This document shows, piece after piece, positions 16,061 through 20,000 of a DNA stretch of 20,000 bases (its first letter is position 1; the number at the start of each line of letters is the position of its first letter). Under the pieces are notes generated by a model that was not told the origin of the DNA, did no database searches, and saw nothing but the letters and a program-made list of their open reading frames with translations. The position numbers and the translations under genes are program-made. Source of the stretch: an uncultured virus (IMG/VR IMGVR_UViG_3300010371_000035) (taxonomy: Duplodnaviria > Heunggongvirae > Uroviricota > Caudoviricetes). The stretch lies in the IMG/VR virus record IMGVR_UViG_3300010371_000035; one strand, 5' to 3'.

Positions 16061-16083
16061 GGAACACCACGTGAACTTTACAG
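16061..16083 (+). promoter_or_regulatory. Second copy of GGAACA-N5-TGAACTTTACAG
   Basis: Matches 3182-3204; precedes the head gene block. Confidence 0.6.
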
Positions 16084-16090
16084 AGGGACC

Positions 16091-16402
16091 ATGCCGCAAA
16101 TCAGAACGCCCACATATTCCTTGCCAAAGAAGCCGATGGCCGCACCAGCTTCTGTGGTTGTTCTCGGCGGCGAGCCTGTCGTTGTAATGACTGGGCCGGT
16201 CCGAGGAGGTTACATACAGAATCCCACAGGGGCAGGCGAAGTCTTGTTGGTCGATATGGTCAACACGCCCGGATGGGATCATCCAACAACATTCAGGCTG
16301 GCCGCCGGAGAGACGTTTACAGTTCCATTCCTACAGCCGGGAATACAGATCAAGGCTACGGCTGAAACCTCAGGTCACAAATTCGTGGCAGTAATCTGGT
16401 GA
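16091..16402 (+). CDS. Hypothetical beta-rich protein, probably virion-associated
   Basis: GAGGG RBS; first gene of the head block. Confidence 0.7.
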   Translation: MPQIRTPTYSLPKKPMAAPASVVVLGGEPVVVMTGPVRGGYIQNPTGAGEVLLVDMVNTPGWDHPTTFRLAAGETFTVPFLQPGIQIKATAETSGHKFVAVIW

Positions 16403-16415
16403 AAGGAGAAGTCCA

Positions 16416-16844
16416 ATGCCGCTCACCGGCGATCCCAAGAAGGACATTCCGGAACTGATGAAATCTGGCCGACCGCAGAAGCAAGCGGTCGCCATCGCTC
16501 TGAAAGAGAAGCGCGGAGACGACGACTGCGACGAAGACATAGTTGCAGACGACGACGATCGATCCAGCGAAGGGCATGCGCGTGAAGCCGCTCGTCTCAA
16601 GGATCTTGCCGAACGTGAAAAGGACCCGGCCAAGAAAAAGAAGCTCCAGGAGCAAGCCGAGTTCCACGGAAAAGAAGTTGGCATCGCCGATGCCAAGAAA
16701 GACGAAGTCGAAGACCTGAGCCTTCTCAAGCTGGTGGAGCGTATTAGGCATGATATGCAGGCCAACCAGGAGGCTATCGACAGGCTTGCGGGGAAGAGTT
16801 ATACTATCAGCTCTAGGATAAGGAGGATTGAAGAACAACAATGA
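16416..16844 (+). CDS. Head-region protein with MPL...GRPQKQAVAIAL motif
   Basis: AAGGAG RBS; motif recurrent in head modules of DUF2213-type phages. Confidence 0.75.
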   Translation: MPLTGDPKKDIPELMKSGRPQKQAVAIALKEKRGDDDCDEDIVADDDDRSSEGHAREAARLKDLAEREKDPAKKKKLQEQAEFHGKEVGIADAKKDEVEDLSLLKLVERIRHDMQANQEAIDRLAGKSYTISSRIRRIEEQQ

Positions 16845-18883
16845 TCTGCGCTGCGGGTGTTCTTATTTGCAGCACTCAAGGCCGGGTCCTGCTACTTCAG
16901 AGATCTGAAGCCGGGGACATGCCCGGTCTATGGTGTATTCCAGGCGGTAAATGTGAATCAGGAGAAAGTACTCTTGAAGCCGCCATTCGTGAAACAGTCG
17001 AAGAGACAGGGTATAAGCCGCCCAAGACTCGTTGCGAGAAATGGGCTCAGCGGGTAGCGTGTGACAACGGTATCGATCCTGTTGACTTCACAACTTATTG
17101 CATCAAGGACGTCGAGGAGTTTACGCCGACACTGAATCCAGAGCATGTGGCCTTCTGCTGGTGCGATCCAGCCAAGCCACCGCAAGGCATGCATCCAGGT
17201 TGCCTTGTGGCTCTGCAGAAGCTGTCACCGACTTGGAATGAACTTCACGTTGCCAAGGCGGTTCGTGATGGACAGCTTGTGTCCCCGCAACGGTACGAGA
17301 ACATTACGTTCTTCGACATGCGGGTGACAGGTACGGGCGAAGCCTTCCGTTCCATGAAAAGGGACGACAAAGGCGATGTTCTGTACGAAGAAGAGTATGT
17401 GTGGCGTGATCCGAAGATGTACCTGAATCCTGAGTTTCTGGAACGTTGCAATGGCGTCCCAGTCATTCTTGAACATCCCGATACTTCTATCCTAAATACG
17501 GAGGAATACCGCACAAGGACCATCGGTGCGTTGACGTTGCCCTACATCAAAGGAGAAGATGTCTGGGCGATTGCCCGCGTGCAAGACGATGCGGCTGCGA
17601 AGATCATGTCGGAGGAACAGCTTTCAACCTCCCCAGCCGTTTCCTGGAGCGACCCCGACGCCAACATTGCCGGGAAGCTGAAGGACGGGTCCAATTTTCT
17701 GATTGAAGGCAACCCCACTTTGCTAGATCATCTCGCCGTTTGCTGGCAGGGGGTTTGGGATAAAGACGGCGGACCGACAGGTATCAACATTGTCAGGAGT
17801 GACAGTATGGACAAAGCAGACCTCGACAAGCTGATCGCTCAGAACGAGACGATCACCAAGGCGCTGGCCGGTATCGGAACCGGCTTCGAGACGCTCAACA
17901 AGCGTCTGGACAGCGTCGAGACCAACTTTGCGACTCATCGCAAGGAGGTCATCCAGACTCGTATCGACAGCTTCAAGTTCTCGAAGCGCAAGGACAAGGA
18001 GTCCGAGCGTTCCTATCAGTCCCGTCATGACGACGAAGAGAAGGTTCTCCGCGCCGACATCATGAAGATCTCGACTGGCGAGGACGCGCGCGAGAAGGCG
18101 AGCGACGCCGCCCGCAAGGCGCGACGTGATGCCGAGGAGAAGGAAGAGGAGGAGCGTCGCGACGCCAAGGCTGACGAGTCCAAAGCCGACGAGTCCAAGA
18201 AGGACGAGAAGGAAGAGGACAAGGAAGCCAAGAAGGATGCGATGCCGCCTCAGTTCAAGAAGGACGAGGACGACAAGCGCAAGGACGAGGACGAGCGCGA
18301 CGACGCCAAGCGCAAGGACGAAGACGACAAGGACAAGAAGGCCGATGAGATGAAGGCCGACGAGTCCAAGAAGGACGAGCGCAAGGACGACGATCGCAAG
18401 GACGGACGTTCGGACAGCGTCGAGGAGCTCAAGAGGCAGGTCGCCATGATCCATGCAGGCATGAAGCCTCTGTCGGACGAGGACCTTGTCAAGGCAGGCA
18501 AGCTGTCCAAACGTGCCGACTCCATCTATACGGCGCTTGGCAAGTCCGTGCCCCGGCTGATGCCCGGCGAGAGCTTGGTGGACTACCACCGCAAGCTGGC
18601 GGCGGATCTCAAGCAACACACGAAGTACAAGGACTCGGAGCTTGCGGTCATCGCCGCGGATTCCGCGACCTTTGACATCGTGACCGAGGATATCTTCCGT
18701 CAGGCGGAAGAATTCGCAATGTCCCCGGCACGCTACAAGCCCGGCGAGATGGTCCAGCGCGTGGAGCGCATGGACAGCGGACACACGCGCTATACCTATG
18801 AAGGCACCGCGTCGTGGATGCGCCAGTTCGCTGGTCCCGTCCAGAACCACTGCAAGCGTTTCCTCACGAAGGAGGACAAGTAA
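16841..18883 (+). CDS. NUDIX hydrolase + DUF2213 (putative prohead protease) + charged scaffold fusion
   Basis: Nudix box GGKCESGESTLEAAIRETVEETG; DUF2213-like FLERCNGVPVILEHP, LSTSPAV and LLDHLAVC..GVWDK; K/D/E-rich C-terminal half. Confidence 0.85.
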   Translation: MICAAGVLICSTQGRVLLLQRSEAGDMPGLWCIPGGKCESGESTLEAAIRETVEETGYKPPKTRCEKWAQRVACDNGIDPVDFTTYCIKDVEEFTPTLNPEHVAFCWCDPAKPPQGMHPGCLVALQKLSPTWNELHVAKAVRDGQLVSPQRYENITFFDMRVTGTGEAFRSMKRDDKGDVLYEEEYVWRDPKMYLNPEFLERCNGVPVILEHPDTSILNTEEYRTRTIGALTLPYIKGEDVWAIARVQDDAAAKIMSEEQLSTSPAVSWSDPDANIAGKLKDGSNFLIEGNPTLLDHLAVCWQGVWDKDGGPTGINIVRSDSMDKADLDKLIAQNETITKALAGIGTGFETLNKRLDSVETNFATHRKEVIQTRIDSFKFSKRKDKESERSYQSRHDDEEKVLRADIMKISTGEDAREKASDAARKARRDAEEKEEEERRDAKADESKADESKKDEKEEDKEAKKDAMPPQFKKDEDDKRKDEDERDDAKRKDEDDKDKKADEMKADESKKDERKDDDRKDGRSDSVEELKRQVAMIHAGMKPLSDEDLVKAGKLSKRADSIYTALGKSVPRLMPGESLVDYHRKLAADLKQHTKYKDSELAVIAADSATFDIVTEDIFRQAEEFAMSPARYKPGEMVQRVERMDSGHTRYTYEGTASWMRQFAGPVQNHCKRFLTKEDK

Positions 18884-18885
18884 CT

Positions 18886-19776
18886 ATGGTCGCTACTCTC
18901 AACTACAACCCGTATCTGGTGACCTACGCCAACAACGGAATGTTCGGCGTCCACTCGATGGGCCTGAAGCAGGGCACCGCCTACCCGGATCCTGCGATCC
19001 GGAATCAGCTTCGCGGCGGCTGGCTCTCTGCTTCTGACACCCTCCCCATGTGGGGCGGTGTCGGCATCTACATGCAGGTCCCCGGTGCGGCGGGCAATCC
19101 GAACGTGGCGTTCCAGACCCAGATGGGTCGGGCAACGTCCATTGCTGGCGGCTCCAAGCCGCTCCTTGGGTTCTCGGTGTTCGACCAGAACTACAGCATG
19201 GTTACGACTCCGGGCAATACGGTTCCTATCGCCGTCGCCAATCAGTCCGTCCACGCTTATGCGCTGGGTAGCCGGGCTCGCATTGCCGTCCAATGCGATC
19301 CTCTGCTCATCGGACTGGCGGGCACGCCGATTAACTCCCAGGTAGCGTGGGATCTGCAGAACCAGATCCTGGTCCCGTACATCGCCGCGGCGCTCACCGC
19401 CTCGTCGGGGACCTACAACAGCACCACTGGTCTGATCACGCTGACCATGTCGGCTCCGATCACGTTCAGCCCCGGTGCTTCTGTGGTGACCTCGGCGCTG
19501 ACCGGCACCGGCGCGTTCGCCAGTCTCAATGGAACCTGGACCAGCGTTTCTCCCAGCACCGGGACCACGCTGACCCTCCAGGGCCCGGTCGGCGCGGGCG
19601 CGGCCACCATTACCGGCGGCACCGTGACTCCGTCTTCGGGCGTCGGCGCAAGCTCTGCGATCGCCGTCGATATCCTGGAAGTCCAGACGACCAACTGCAT
19701 CACCGTCGCCTGGGATCCCATCAACCTCGTCGCCAACTGGAACTTCAACGGCTGCTGCGCCGTGATCCAGATCTGA
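18886..19776 (+). CDS. Head decoration/cement-like structural protein
   Basis: GGAGG RBS before ATG 18886; QGTA.PDPA.R..L.GG...TLPMWGGVGI motif; lies between scaffold and capsid genes. Confidence 0.75.
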   Translation: MVATLNYNPYLVTYANNGMFGVHSMGLKQGTAYPDPAIRNQLRGGWLSASDTLPMWGGVGIYMQVPGAAGNPNVAFQTQMGRATSIAGGSKPLLGFSVFDQNYSMVTTPGNTVPIAVANQSVHAYALGSRARIAVQCDPLLIGLAGTPINSQVAWDLQNQILVPYIAAALTASSGTYNSTTGLITLTMSAPITFSPGASVVTSALTGTGAFASLNGTWTSVSPSTGTTLTLQGPVGAGAATITGGTVTPSSGVGASSAIAVDILEVQTTNCITVAWDPINLVANWNFNGCCAVIQI

Positions 19777-19791
19777 AGGAGATACTGAACC

Positions 19792-20000
19792 ATGGCACTC
19801 GAAGCCTCTGCGTTTCTGACCCTCAACCCGGCTTATCACGAGCCGGAGTTCCTGGTGCAGATCAATCAGTCGTCGGCGTTCATCGATCTGCTGGAGGGTG
19901 AAACCCTGCGCAATCGGCTGGCAACCGATGACCTCTTGGTCTACATGAAGACCCTGAACATGCGCGGCAAGATCGCCGCCGGATCGAGCGCGTTCAACGA
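19792..20000 (+). CDS. Probable major capsid protein, N-terminal part (runs off the window)
   Basis: AAGGAG RBS; MALEASAFLTLNPAYHEPEFLVQINQSS...DDLLVYMK; position after protease/scaffold and decoration genes. Confidence 0.7.
   Translation, partial: MALEASAFLTLNPAYHEPEFLVQINQSSAFIDLLEGETLRNRLATDDLLVYMKTLNMRGKIAAGSSAFN

Noticed and set aside
18120..18420. DNA repeats such as GCCGACGAGTCCAAGAAGGACGAG
   Set aside because: Explained by K/D/E low-complexity coding in the scaffold.
17723..19839. Long - strand ORFs 17723-18850 and 18796-19839
   Set aside because: Antisense shadows of strongly codon-biased head genes.

Overview
This window is part of a tailed dsDNA phage or prophage; an alphaproteobacterial host is plausible but is inference only. 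The + strand carries virion genes: a DUF1073/HI1409-type portal, an RcGTA-like head-spike fibre and spike-base pair, a NUDIX-DUF2213 protease/scaffold fusion, a head decoration protein and the start of the major capsid gene. It also carries two fibre proteins, a beta-helix depolymerase-like protein and a papain-like protease. Unusually, these are split into five + strand blocks that alternate with four - strand cassettes of small accessory genes. All four divergent junctions carry a GAAYTWTA box just before the first + gene, plus CCGGGC boxes. Three of the four convergent junctions carry terminator hairpins. A recurring hairpin/U-tract/RBS leader, a dense hairpin array, an RBS-ATG-TAG element and a secreted poly-Gly/Ser protein beside an HEXXH lipoprotein also merit follow-up. 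All family calls come from motif recognition, not database searches.
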